Positions 26,798 through 36,146 of a stretch of 64,000 bases of DNA are shown here, one piece after another (positions within the stretch are counted from its first letter, which is position 1; every line of letters starts with the position of its first letter). Location: the NCBI GenBank assembly GCA_963766735.1, contig CAVYBU010000002.1, forward strand, positions 160,001 to 224,000, in the 5' to 3' direction. Origin of the DNA: an uncultured Chloroflexia bacterium (lineage in GTDB: Bacteria; Chloroflexota; Limnocylindria; Limnocylindrales; CSP1-4). The position numbers and the translations under genes are program-made. A model generated the notes under the pieces. That model did no database searches, was not told where the DNA came from, and was given only the letters and a program-made list of their open reading frames with translations.

Positions 26798-27596
26798 GCA
26801 ACGCCGCGGCGTCCGCGTAGTCGGCGTAGGCGGGCGCGGATCGGGCACCCTGCAAGGCCGACGCGGCCAGCGCGAGGCCCCGGTGCGGGGCGAGGTCGCT
26901 GACGACGAGGGCCCGACGGCCGTCGAACGGCGCCGCCGGACCGGAGAGCCACGCCGCGAAGGCCCGAGCGCTACCGGGGAATGCCGCGGCGAGTAGCTCG
27001 CGATGCTCGCGCAGGCGCGTTGCGATGGAAGCCGTGTCGAGGCAGACCACCGCGACGACGATCCGCTCTGGCCGCCACCCGAGCCGGCGAGCGACGTACG
27101 GCGCCTCTCGCTCGTACCAGGAAACCTGCCGCTGCAGGCCACCGATGTCGGGAAGGTCGGCCTTGATCTCGATGATCACCAGCGCGGCGTCCTGCTCCCG
27201 GAATGCCACGAGGTCGATCCAGCCGGTCGGAGCACGGGCGCCAGTGGGAACCTCGCTCTCGACGATCCAGCCGGCTCTCCGAAGGCGCCCGGCAAGAGCT
27301 GCCGCGAGGGCCGCATGGACCCGGTCCCGCTGGTCATCGCGATCGCCCAGGTGGCGTCCCTCGACCTCCAGCGTCGAGCGCAGGCCGAGGGCCGCGAGCA
27401 CCCGGTCCAGGGTGTCGAGGTCGAAGGCGCTGGCGTCGCCTCGTTCCATGCGCCAGATCCTGGTCTGCGACGCCTCGGCCCGCCCGGCCAGCTCATCCTG
27501 CGACCAGCCGATCGTCTCACGCGCCTCGCGAATGAGCGATCCGATGACCGACGGCAGGAGGCCCGCTTGGAGCCGGATGCGAGTGACAGGTGCCAT
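26727..27596 (-). CDS. XRE-type HTH fused to a PD-(D/E)xK nuclease-like domain
   Basis: IREARETIGWSQDELA...SQTRIWRMERG; E-V...WIDLVAF...IIEIKA...QV..Y. Confidence 0.75.
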   Translation of the reverse strand: MAPVTRIRLQAGLLPSVIGSLIREARETIGWSQDELAGRAEASQTRIWRMERGDASAFDLDTLDRVLAALGLRSTLEVEGRHLGDRDDQRDRVHAALAAALAGRLRRAGWIVESEVPTGARAPTGWIDLVAFREQDAALVIIEIKADLPDIGGLQRQVSWYEREAPYVARRLGWRPERIVVAVVCLDTASIATRLREHRELLAAAFPGSARAFAAWLSGPAAPFDGRRALVVSDLAPHRGLALAASALQGARSAPAYADYADAAALLSRRRRPAARLRSRPPSCRSRSP

Positions 27597-27726
27597 GGCG
27601 CGGTTGATAGCAGGCTGGGCTTGACTGCGACTTGTGGCCCACCTCGCTGGCCCCGCGATCTCGCCCCGCGATTGCTCCGCGCCCCCGCGTTCTCGCCCCC
27701 GCGTTCTCGCCCCCCAACCCGGCCCA

Positions 27727-27836
27727 ACTCACGCCGTGAGTGAGATCTGGTACTACTCCGCAGGGAACCGCCCGCGAAGGGCGCATTCGGCCAGTCTTGC
27801 GCGGCGATAGACCCCGATCTGACGCACCCGGTGAGT
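27727..27836. repeat. 110-bp imperfect inverted-repeat (REP/MITE-like) element
   Basis: Left end ACTCACGCCGTGAGTGAGATCTGG versus reverse complement of right end ACTCACCGGGTGCGTCAGATCGG; central GCCC-GCGAA-GGGC hairpin. Confidence 0.5.
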
Positions 27837-27897
27837 CGGAGCACCTGGATGGGATCGGCGCCCGAGGGCCCAGCGGTCCGGTGTAGCATCGGCCTCC

Positions 27898-28979
27898 ATG
27901 GGATCAGACCAGCCCGCCCCCACCCCTGCGCCCACGCTCACCCCCGCCGCCGCCAGGCCGCACAGGCCGCCCCGACGCTCACCCCCGCCCCCCCGCCGCC
28001 GCAACAGCCGCAACAGCCGCAACAGCCGCTGCCGCGGACCGGACCCAGTCCCGCGCGGACCGCCCGGAACAGACACGTTCCATCGAGGGCCTCACGGAAG
28101 CCTTCCGGGGTCACGGCTACATCGCCGAGCGCTCCCTGGCCACCACCGTGTTCCTGGCCCTGGAGCTCGGGCGCCCGCTCCTCCTCGAGGGCGAGGCCGG
28201 CGTCGGCAAGACGGAGCTGGCGAAGGTCCTGGCGAAGAGCCTCAACACCAGGCTCATCCGCCTCCAGTGCTACGAGGGCCTGGACGTCAACACCGCGGTC
28301 TACGAGTGGAACTACCCGCGCCAGATGCTGGAGATCCGACTGCTCGAGGCTCGCGGCGAGATCGACAAGGCGTCGGCCCACGACATCTTCAGCTCCGAGT
28401 TCCTTCTCAAGCGCCCCCTGCTCCAGGCCCTGGAGGCCACCGATGGCGAGGCGCCGGTCCTGCTGATCGACGAGATCGACCGGGCGGACGAGGAGTTCGA
28501 GGCCTACCTGCTGGAGATCCTCGTCCGACTTCCAGGTCACGGTCCCGGAGATCGGCACCATCCGCGCCGCCAAGGCCCCCCGCGTCGTCCTGACGAGCAA
28601 CCGGACCCGCGAGGTCCACGATGCCCTCAAGCGGCGCTGCCTCTACCACTGGATCGACTACCCGACCGCGACGAAGGAGTTCGAGATCGTCGCCATGCGC
28701 GTGCCGGACGCGCCCGCGACGCTCGCCCGCGAGGTGGTGGACTTCGTCCACCGGCTGCGCACCGCGGACCTGACCAAGGTCCCGGGCGTCGCGGAGACGC
28801 TCGACTGGGCGGCCGCCCTGCTCAGCCTGGGCGCCACGGAGCTGACCGGCGACGTCGTGGACGAGACGCTGGGCGTCGTCCTCAAGTACGAGGAGGACAT
28901 CCGCCAGGTGCGCGGGGCCACGGCACGCCGGTATCTCGCCGAGACCAGCACCGGCGGCGACACCGGCGCGGGCAGTTGA
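27898..28979 (+). CDS. coxD: MoxR/CoxD-family AAA+ ATPase, frameshifted near 28081 and 28523
   Basis: LLLEGEAGVGKTE, RLQCYEG, LLIDEIDRADEEFEA; then, in another frame, DFQVTVPEIG...TSNRTREVHDALKRRC. Confidence 0.88.
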
Positions 28980-28981
28980 GC

Positions 28982-29242
28982 ATGTCGCACGTCGACCTCC
29001 ACTGCCACACGTCTGCGAGCTTCGATGGGGTCGCGTCACCCGAGGCCGTCGTCGCGCGCGCCGTGGAGCGCGGCCTGACCCACCTGGCGATCACCGATCA
29101 CGACACGATCCAGGGTGCCCTGCGCGCCGTGGATGCGGCGCCCGAAGGCCTGCACGTGATCATCGGCTCCGAGGTGACCATGCGATGGGCGCGGACGCCG
29201 CCCATGGTGCGGCGCCGTACGAGGCGCGGTCCTTCTGCCTGA
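28982..29242 (+). pseudogene. Truncated PHP-domain protein
   Basis: VDLHCHTSASFDG...LAITDHDT...IGSEV, after which similarity is lost and the ORF stops. Confidence 0.7.
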
Positions 29243-29305
29243 ACCCCGATCGAGTGCAGGCCCCGGTAGACCCGCGCTCGCGGCCATCCACCGTATGGTT
29301 GGCGC

Positions 29306-29704
29306 ATGTCGATCCGGTCGGGACTCCTCGCCTGGCTGCCGGTGCTCGCCTGGGCGGGGCTCATCTTCGCGTTCTCGGCCCAGTCGGACCTCCGCTTCCT
29401 GGAGGACCAGGGGCTGGACTTCGTCGTGCGCAAGGTCGGCCACGCCGGGGTCTTCGGGATCCTCGCGCTGCTCGTCTGGCGCGCGCTGGGGATGACCACG
29501 GAGTGGCGCCAGCCGCGGACATGGGCGGTGGCGCTGGGGCTGACCGCCGGCTACGCGATCACCGATGAGCTGCACCAGGGGTTCGTGGCGGGTCGCTATC
29601 CATCGCCCGTGGACGTGGGGATCGACATCCTCGGCGCGCTGATCGCCATCGGGATCGTTCTCGTCATCGCCGGCCGCCGGGGGCGCGCCTCGCGGCACGC
29701 GTAG
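29306..29704 (+). CDS. VanZ-family membrane protein
   Basis: WAGLIFAFSAQ, RKVGH, YAITDELHQGFVAGR, DVGID. Confidence 0.9.
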   Translation: MSIRSGLLAWLPVLAWAGLIFAFSAQSDLRFLEDQGLDFVVRKVGHAGVFGILALLVWRALGMTTEWRQPRTWAVALGLTAGYAITDELHQGFVAGRYPSPVDVGIDILGALIAIGIVLVIAGRRGRASRHA

Positions 29705-29835
29705 CTGGTTGGCGCCTGGGTCACGAGTCAGGCACCCGCGGGCATTCGTTGTGCCGAGAGCGTCGTGCCATCGGAGGTCAGGTCGCCTCGAGCGCGCGGC
29801 CGGCTGCCCCACGCCGAGGGGCTAGTCTGTACGCG

Positions 29836-31245
29836 ATGTGCTCAGACGCCGCGCCCCCCATCCTGGTAGCGCCCACCGGCGAGTCGGTCGATGGGCGCCG
29901 GCTGCTCGCGGAGGCGGTCGGTTTCGGGCGGGCGCTGCGACTGGCCGGGCTCCAGGTGGACCTCGGCGCCGCCATCGACTTCGCCCGCGCGCTGGGCCTG
30001 GTGGACCTGGGCCGGCGTGACCAGGTGCGGGACGCCGGGGCGGCCGTGTTCGTGCGGCGGCGTGACGACCGCGAGATCTACGACCGGGTCTTCGATCGCT
30101 TCTGGCGCCGCCGCGGCCGCTCGTTGCCCGAGGGTCGTCCCGACACGCCGACCTCCCCGGACGCGGACCGCGACGAAGGCGAGCCCGGCACTGCCGACGA
30201 GGCGGGCGAGGGCGGCGAGGCGACGATGTCCGAGCTGGCAACGCTCGGCGTCCAGGTCATCGAGGACGCAGAGGAGGGCGCGGAGCTCGACGGCGAGAAG
30301 ATGTCGCCCGACGCGTACTCGCGCGGCGAGCTGCTCCGCCACCGCGACTTCGACAGGATGTCGGCCGCCGAGCTGCGTGATGCGGAGCGGTTCGTGGACC
30401 TGCTGCGACCGAAGCTCGAGCGCCGCCGCACCCGCCGCCACGAGCTCCACCCGCACGGCCGGCGCCTGGCGGCCCGCGCGATGTTCCGTCGAAATCTGGC
30501 CACGGGCGAGCTGACCCAGTGGGTCTGGAAGCGGCAGATCAGGGAGCCGCGCCAGCTCGTGGTCCTGTGCGACATCTCGGGCTCCATGGAGCGCCACTCG
30601 CGACTGCTCCTGCGGTTCGTCCAGGCGCTGGCCCGCACGAACGAGGTCCGGACCGAGTCCTTCGTGTTCGGGACGCGGCTGACGCGGGTCACGCGCGTGA
30701 TGAAGGACCGCGATCGGGACCGCGCGCTTGCCAGGGTGGCCGACACCGTGACGGACTGGGCCGGCGGGACGCGGATAGGGGAGTCGTTCAGGCAGTTCAA
30801 CCGCCAGTGGGCGCGCCGGACGCTGCGGTCCTCGGGCGTCGTCATCGTGGTGTCGGACGGCTGGGACCGGGGAGACCCGGCGCTCGTCGCTGCCGAGACC
30901 GCGCGCCTGCGCCGGAACTGCCACCGGCTGGTCTGGCTCAATCCGCTGGCATCCGCCCCCGGGTACCAGCCACTGGCCGCCGGGATGAAGGCCGCCTACC
31001 CGTTCATCGACGACTTCCTGCCGGCGGGGACGCTCGCCAGCCTCGAGCGCCTGGGCGAGGTGCTGGCCGGAGCGTCTCAGGGGACGGTCCGTCGGGGCAC
31101 GGCCGTCACGCACGCCACCACCGTCACCCCGTCGATGGGTCTGGTTGCGCCGGACGCCGCACCGCCCCGCCAGCTCGAGCCGCCGGGCCTTGCCGCCGAC
31201 CGCGCCCGACCGCTGACGGCGGACCGCGCGCGATCCCGCGCCTGA
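29836..31245 (+). CDS. coxE: VWA-domain protein, CoxE family
   Basis: MIDAS LCDISGSM, FVFGTRL, WAGGTRIG, VSDGWD, VWLNP. Confidence 0.9.
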   Translation: MCSDAAPPILVAPTGESVDGRRLLAEAVGFGRALRLAGLQVDLGAAIDFARALGLVDLGRRDQVRDAGAAVFVRRRDDREIYDRVFDRFWRRRGRSLPEGRPDTPTSPDADRDEGEPGTADEAGEGGEATMSELATLGVQVIEDAEEGAELDGEKMSPDAYSRGELLRHRDFDRMSAAELRDAERFVDLLRPKLERRRTRRHELHPHGRRLAARAMFRRNLATGELTQWVWKRQIREPRQLVVLCDISGSMERHSRLLLRFVQALARTNEVRTESFVFGTRLTRVTRVMKDRDRDRALARVADTVTDWAGGTRIGESFRQFNRQWARRTLRSSGVVIVVSDGWDRGDPALVAAETARLRRNCHRLVWLNPLASAPGYQPLAAGMKAAYPFIDDFLPAGTLASLERLGEVLAGASQGTVRRGTAVTHATTVTPSMGLVAPDAAPPRQLEPPGLAADRARPLTADRARSRA

Positions 31246-31267
31246 CCCCGGACCGGAGGAAGCCACG

Positions 31268-32488
31268 ATGCGCGAGTTGCTGGACACCCTGGACGGATGG
31301 CGCGCCGGGGCGGCCGACGTGGGCGTGGGCCGGGCGATTGTCGTCCGCGCGTTCGGCAGCGCACCGCGGCCGGAAGGCGCCGTCCTGCTCGTCACCGACG
31401 ATGGCCGGATCGCGGGCTCCGTCTCGGGTGGCTGCGTGGAAGGCGCCGCGGCCGAGGAGATCCTTGCCGCCCGCCGGACCGGCCGGGAGCGCGTGATCCG
31501 CTACGGGATCAGCGACGAGGAGGCCTGGGACGTGGGGCTGGCGTGCGGCGGGACCATCGACGTGCTTGTCTCGCCCGGGATCCCGCCCTCCGCGGAGCTG
31601 GCCGCGCGCGAGACGCGCGAGGGGCGCGGCGATGGACGCGTGATCGTGACCCGGCTCCCCGCGGATTCGCCGCCCGCGACGTTCGGGGCACACGCGCCGG
31701 GGCAGGGGAGCGAGCCGGAGGCCCCCCTGGTCCTGCACGACGACGGCCGCCTGGACGGGACGCTGGGCGATGCGGCGGCCGACGCGGAGCTTGCCGAGGC
31801 GGGTCGAGTGGCGCTGGCGAAGGGCGTCTCGCGGACGATCGTGATCGGCGGGCGCCAGCTCTTCCTGGAGGCGTACCCGGTGCGCCCGCGGCTGGTCGTG
31901 GTGGGCGCGGTGGAGGTTGCGAGGACGCTCGTCCGCCTGGCGAAGGAGCTGGGCTACGAGACGGTCGTCATCGACGGGCGCGCGGCGTTCGCGACGGCGG
32001 CGCGGTTCCCGGACGTGGACCGCCTGGTCGTCGGGTGGCCGGACGAGGTGGCGGACGAGATCGGGCTTGGGCCGGCCGACGCGGTGGCGGTCCTTGCCCA
32101 CGACGTCAAGTTCGACGAGCCGGCGATCGTGACGGCACTCGCCCGCGGCTGCCGGTACGTGGGGGCAGTGGGATCCCGCAGGACGCAGGCAGACCGGCGG
32201 GCGCGGCTCCTGGAGGCGGGGGTCTCCGCGGAGGATCTCGACCGGCTTCGCGGCCCGATCGGCCTGGACCTGGGTGGCCGCCTGCCGGCCGAGACCGCGC
32301 TGTCGATCCTGTCGGAGGTCGTGGCCGAGCGCCGGGGTGGGCGAGGTCAGCCGATGCGGGACCTGGCGCGCGAGCGCGAGGCCGCCGGCGCGCACGAAAC
32401 GGCTGGGGCGCACGAGGCCGCCGGCGCGCACGAGACCGCCGATCGACACCACGCGGCCGCAGGCGCGCACGAGGCGGCAGGAACATGA
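31268..32488 (+). CDS. XdhC/CoxI(CoxF)-family molybdenum cofactor chaperone
   Basis: GSAPRPEGA, GSVSGGCVEG, GLACGG, YVGAVGSR, GPIGLDLG; AGAHE repeats at the C-terminus. Confidence 0.92.
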   Translation: MRELLDTLDGWRAGAADVGVGRAIVVRAFGSAPRPEGAVLLVTDDGRIAGSVSGGCVEGAAAEEILAARRTGRERVIRYGISDEEAWDVGLACGGTIDVLVSPGIPPSAELAARETREGRGDGRVIVTRLPADSPPATFGAHAPGQGSEPEAPLVLHDDGRLDGTLGDAAADAELAEAGRVALAKGVSRTIVIGGRQLFLEAYPVRPRLVVVGAVEVARTLVRLAKELGYETVVIDGRAAFATAARFPDVDRLVVGWPDEVADEIGLGPADAVAVLAHDVKFDEPAIVTALARGCRYVGAVGSRRTQADRRARLLEAGVSAEDLDRLRGPIGLDLGGRLPAETALSILSEVVAERRGGRGQPMRDLAREREAAGAHETAGAHEAAGAHETADRHHAAAGAHEAAGT

Positions 32489-33066
32489 ACGTCCTCGCGG
32501 TCGTCCTCGCCGCCGGCGCAAGCCGGCGCTTCGGCTCCCCCAAGCTCCTGGCCACCATGGGCGGCCGGCCGGTGCTCCAGCACGTGCTCGATGCCGTTGC
32601 CGAAGCCGGCCTCGAGAATGTCGTCGTCGTCCTGGGCGAGCAGGCCGCCGCGATCAGGGACGCCGTGACCTGGCGGAACGAGCGGATCGAGGTCAACCCG
32701 CGCCCCATGGACGGCCTGTCCAGCTCGCTCCGGATCGGCCTGGACGCGGCGGCCGAGGACCGGACCGTGGACGCGGTCCTGGTGCTGCTGGGCGACCAGC
32801 CGTCGGTGCGGCCCGGTGTCATCCGGACGGTTCTCGCCGCCGCCGAGACGACACCCCAGCCGATCGTCCGTGTCCGCTACGCGGACGATGACGCGCCCAA
32901 CCCTGTCCTTGTGCGCCGCGCCGCGTGGGCCCTCGCCGCGGGCCTGTCGGGTGACCGCGGCCTCGGGCCCCTCCTCGCCGAGCGGGCCGACCTCGTCGCC
33001 GAGGTGGCAGCGCAGGGCTCGAACCCAGACATCGACACCCCGGAGGATCTCGCCCGTGTCCACTGA
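32485..33066 (+). CDS. Molybdenum cofactor cytidylyltransferase-like (MocA/MobA-family NTP transferase)
   Basis: VLAAGASRRFGSPKLL, GLSSSL, LLGDQP, GDRG, DIDTPEDL. Confidence 0.9.
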   Translation: MNVLAVVLAAGASRRFGSPKLLATMGGRPVLQHVLDAVAEAGLENVVVVLGEQAAAIRDAVTWRNERIEVNPRPMDGLSSSLRIGLDAAAEDRTVDAVLVLLGDQPSVRPGVIRTVLAAAETTPQPIVRVRYADDDAPNPVLVRRAAWALAAGLSGDRGLGPLLAERADLVAEVAAQGSNPDIDTPEDLARVH

Positions 33067-33919
33067 CGCCAGCCCCCGCGACGCAGCCCGGATCGAGGCC
33101 GCATGGGCGGAGCGCGTCCAGGCAAACCGTGAACAGGCCGAGCGGCTCCGCGAGTCCACAACGGACGATCACTACGCCCCTATCTCGGGCCTGTTCGTGG
33201 CCGACCCGCGGCGCACCGACGAGCCCGCGCTGGAGATGCTGCGCGCCATGACGGCGCCCGACGAGTCGTGGCTGGACATCGGTGCAGGGGCCGGTCGGTA
33301 CGCGCTGCCGCTGGCGCTCCGTGTGCGAGAGGTGATCGCCGTGGAGCCGTCACCGGGCATGCGCCGTGCCCTGCAGGCCGGGATCGACGAGCACGGGCTG
33401 TCGAACGTTCGGGTCATCGGTGGGACCTGGCCCGAGGCGCTCGACCAGCTGGCGCCGCTCCCGGCGGCTGATGTCTCGCTCATCGCCCACGTCGGGTACG
33501 ACATCGAGCAGATCGGCCCGTTCCTGGCGGGGATGGAGGCGGCCACCCGGGATCGCTGTGTCGCCATCCAGACCGACCGCAGCCCGGCATCCGTGGCGGA
33601 CCTGTTCTGGCCCCTGGTCCACGGCGAGGAGCGCGTGCCGCTGCCGGCGCTGCCGGACTTGCTGGGGCTGCTGCACGCCCGCGGCTGCGAGACGGAGGTG
33701 GTCCGCGTGGACCGTTCGCCGCGCTCGTTCGAGACGGTGGACGCGCTCGCCGCCTTCCTCCGCCGGCAGCTGTTCATCACCGAGGGCTCTGACAAGGACC
33801 TGCACTTCCGGTCGGTGCTGGCGGACCGGGTCGCCCTGCGGGACGGGGCCTGGACCCTGGCCAACCGACCCGCGGGCTACATCGGGATCGCGACCTGGCG
33901 GTGGCCCGGCGCCGGATGA
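33056..33919 (+). CDS. Class I SAM-dependent methyltransferase
   Basis: WLDIGAGAGRY, AVEPSPGM; overlaps the end of the upstream gene. Confidence 0.88.
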   Translation: MSTDASPRDAARIEAAWAERVQANREQAERLRESTTDDHYAPISGLFVADPRRTDEPALEMLRAMTAPDESWLDIGAGAGRYALPLALRVREVIAVEPSPGMRRALQAGIDEHGLSNVRVIGGTWPEALDQLAPLPAADVSLIAHVGYDIEQIGPFLAGMEAATRDRCVAIQTDRSPASVADLFWPLVHGEERVPLPALPDLLGLLHARGCETEVVRVDRSPRSFETVDALAAFLRRQLFITEGSDKDLHFRSVLADRVALRDGAWTLANRPAGYIGIATWRWPGAG

Positions 33920-33980
33920 CTTCGCGCCCGTGGTCGCCCGGGCCCGTTTGACTCGTGACCTGGCGGTGGCCCAGCCCCGC

Positions 33981-34034
33981 TTGACTCGCGCACGTGCCAA
34001 CACTATAGTATGGACCGTCTACTCCATACTGTAG
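33981..34034 (+). promoter_or_regulatory. Sigma-70 promoter with overlapping palindromic operator
   Basis: TTGACT-N17-TATAGT; inverted repeat CTATAGTATGGA-N8-TCCATACTGTAG (34003-34034). Confidence 0.75.
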
Positions 34035-34045
34035 AGGCACCGGTC

Positions 34046-34516
34046 ATGAACGAACTCGCCATCGGGGCGACCTGGATCCATACCATCGCGATCGTGGTCC
34101 TGCTCGGGTACTACGCGACGCTGTCCCTGGTGGTGCTGCCGTGGCTCAAGTCGGGCGGCAGCCCGGAGCCGGGGAGCGTCGTGGCCGCGCTGGAGCGGCG
34201 GATGCTGCCGTGGATCCTCGCGTCGATCGTCCTGTTCACGGTGACCGGCCTGGTGCTGATGGCGGCGCACACCGGGCCGAACCCGGACTGGACGCCCCTG
34301 ATCATCGTGAAGCACGTCATCGTCATCGGGATGGTGATCCTCGGCGTCGTCGTGGATCGGGTGCTCGTCCCGCGTGTCGCCGGCACCTGGTGGACCCCGG
34401 CCGTGGTGCCCTCCACCGATGTCCAGGACCTGCGCCTGATCGTCCAGGCGTCGGCGGTGATGAGCGTCCTCGGCGCCGTCGTGCTGCTGCTGACCGCGGC
34501 GGCGCAGGTCGGCTGA
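34046..34516 (+). CDS. Four-TM membrane protein (CopD/DUF4149-like)
   Basis: WIHTIA...FTVTG...IIVKH pattern. Confidence 0.65.
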   Translation: MNELAIGATWIHTIAIVVLLGYYATLSLVVLPWLKSGGSPEPGSVVAALERRMLPWILASIVLFTVTGLVLMAAHTGPNPDWTPLIIVKHVIVIGMVILGVVVDRVLVPRVAGTWWTPAVVPSTDVQDLRLIVQASAVMSVLGAVVLLLTAAAQVG

Positions 34517-34526
34517 GGCCGCTCCC

Positions 34527-35051
34527 GTGGACCCGACGCTCGGCCCGAGCTCCTTCGTCATCCTCGGCATCACCGCCGCGGCCGGACCGATGACGGCCTA
34601 CGACCTCAAGAGCGCGATCGGCCGCTCGGTGGGCTTCCTGTGGCCGTTTCCCCACGCACAGGTCTACAAGGAGACGGCCCGCCTGGCCTCGCTCGGCCTG
34701 CTGGAGGAGGACCAGGAGGCGGGTGGCCGCCGGCGTCGACGCTACGCCGTCACCCCGGCAGGGCGGGCAGCGGTGGAGGCCTGGTTGTCCAGCCCGCCCG
34801 ATGAGCCGGCTCAGCTGCGGGATCCAGGACTGCTCAGGCTGGCGTTCGCGAGCCTCGCGGCGCCGGGCGACCTCGAGCGCCTGTGTGAGGACCAGGTCCG
34901 CGAGCACCTGGCCCGCCTCGCGGTCTACGCGGGCTTCGCCGACGTGCCGATGGACCGATTCCTGCGGGCGACGCTGGAGTTCGGGCTACGCCACGAGGAG
35001 TTGATGGCCGCTGAGTGGGAGCGGCTTCGCAAGACGCTCGGGACGGGCTGA
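34527..35051 (+). CDS. PadR-family transcriptional regulator
   Basis: VILG...AYDL...FLW...HAQVY...RRRYAVTPAGR...W. Confidence 0.9.
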   Translation: MDPTLGPSSFVILGITAAAGPMTAYDLKSAIGRSVGFLWPFPHAQVYKETARLASLGLLEEDQEAGGRRRRRYAVTPAGRAAVEAWLSSPPDEPAQLRDPGLLRLAFASLAAPGDLERLCEDQVREHLARLAVYAGFADVPMDRFLRATLEFGLRHEELMAAEWERLRKTLGTG

Positions 35052-35158
35052 AGCCCCGGCATCGTACGCGCTGACGCAGCCTGGCGCCCCGCCTGCCGGC
35101 AATCCTGCCTCGGCGCTCCGCCCGCCTTCGGTCCGCCGCCCGCCCCCGATCCGGCGCA

Positions 35159-35404
35159 CTACCCGTCGCGCTTCACAACCCAGTGCGAGACCTGGTCGAT
35201 GGCCTCCTCTGCCGTCCGGGCGACGTCCACGCGGGCACGCGGGTAGCCAGCCTCGTGGAGTCTTCGCTGGACCTCCGCCGCCGCAGCGGGACCGTCACCA
35301 AGCTCCTCCCGGTGCACGATGTCGCGGGCCTGCTCGTAGGCGCGCACGAACTCGCTGTCGTCCCAGGGGGTGATGCTGGAAGTCGTGTGGATGGAGCTCG
35401 TCAT
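35159..35404 (-). CDS. Small hypothetical protein (81 aa)
   Basis: GGAGG SD and GC3-biased codons; LHEAGYPRARV. Confidence 0.6.
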   Translation of the reverse strand: MTSSIHTTSSITPWDDSEFVRAYEQARDIVHREELGDGPAAAAEVQRRLHEAGYPRARVDVARTAEEAIDQVSHWVVKRDG

Positions 35405-35507
35405 GCCGATCACCTCCACCCGCAGTCTGGGCCGATCGCGCGTCCGGGGACAGGGCCGGACGTCCCGCCCTGCCTCGTCCGGAGCCCCGCCATGAGAGAC
35501 TGACGGC

Positions 35508-36146
35508 ATGGAGCACATCCACGCCATCGTCGGACCGCTCGCCACCAACGTCTACGTGCTGGCGGACCCGTCCACGCGCGAGGCGATCGCCATCGACACG
35601 GCGACGCCGTCCCTGGACTGGATCGCGGGCGCGCTGGAAGAGCGCGAATGGACCCTCAAGCTGATCGTCAGCACGCACGGCCACTGGGACCACATCGGCG
35701 ACAACGCCGCGGTCGCGGAGCACACCGGCGCGTCGATCGCGGTCCATCCCGCGGACCGCCACCGCCTGGAGGACCCGCAACCGCTCTACGCCCCATTCCC
35801 GATCGTGCCGTCCGTGCCCGCGGTGGACCTGGCCGAGGGCGGCGAGATCCGGTTCGGCGACATCCGACTGCGGGTGCTCCACACGCCCGGTCACACCGAA
35901 GGCTCCGTCTGCCTGCTCTCGGGCGACGACGGCCTGCTGTTCAGCGGCGACACGCTGTTCCCCGGCGGCTGGGGCCGCGTGGACTTCCCCGGCGGCTCGG
36001 CGGAGGAGATGGTCGCGTCCATTGCCCGGCTGTCGCAGCTGGAGGACCGCCTCCGCGTGCTTCCCGGACACGGTGCAGCCACGACGATCGGTCACGAGCG
36101 CGGCTGGATGGAGCTGGTCAGGCGCGAGGGTCGCCTCCCGTTCTGA
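35508..36146 (+). CDS. MBL-fold metallo-hydrolase (glyoxalase II-like)
   Basis: THGHWDH, TPGHT, FSGDTLF, PGHG. Confidence 0.93.
   Translation: MEHIHAIVGPLATNVYVLADPSTREAIAIDTATPSLDWIAGALEEREWTLKLIVSTHGHWDHIGDNAAVAEHTGASIAVHPADRHRLEDPQPLYAPFPIVPSVPAVDLAEGGEIRFGDIRLRVLHTPGHTEGSVCLLSGDDGLLFSGDTLFPGGWGRVDFPGGSAEEMVASIARLSQLEDRLRVLPGHGAATTIGHERGWMELVRREGRLPF

Noticed and set aside
28148-29242. AAA-PHP fusion protein
   Set aside because: Created by the coxD frameshift at ~28523; coxD ends at 28979 and the PHP ORF has its own ATG
33972-33985. 14-bp match CAGCCCCGCTTGAC shared with the insert junction at 43869-43882
   Set aside because: A single short GC-rich match with no further similarity; cannot be distinguished from chance
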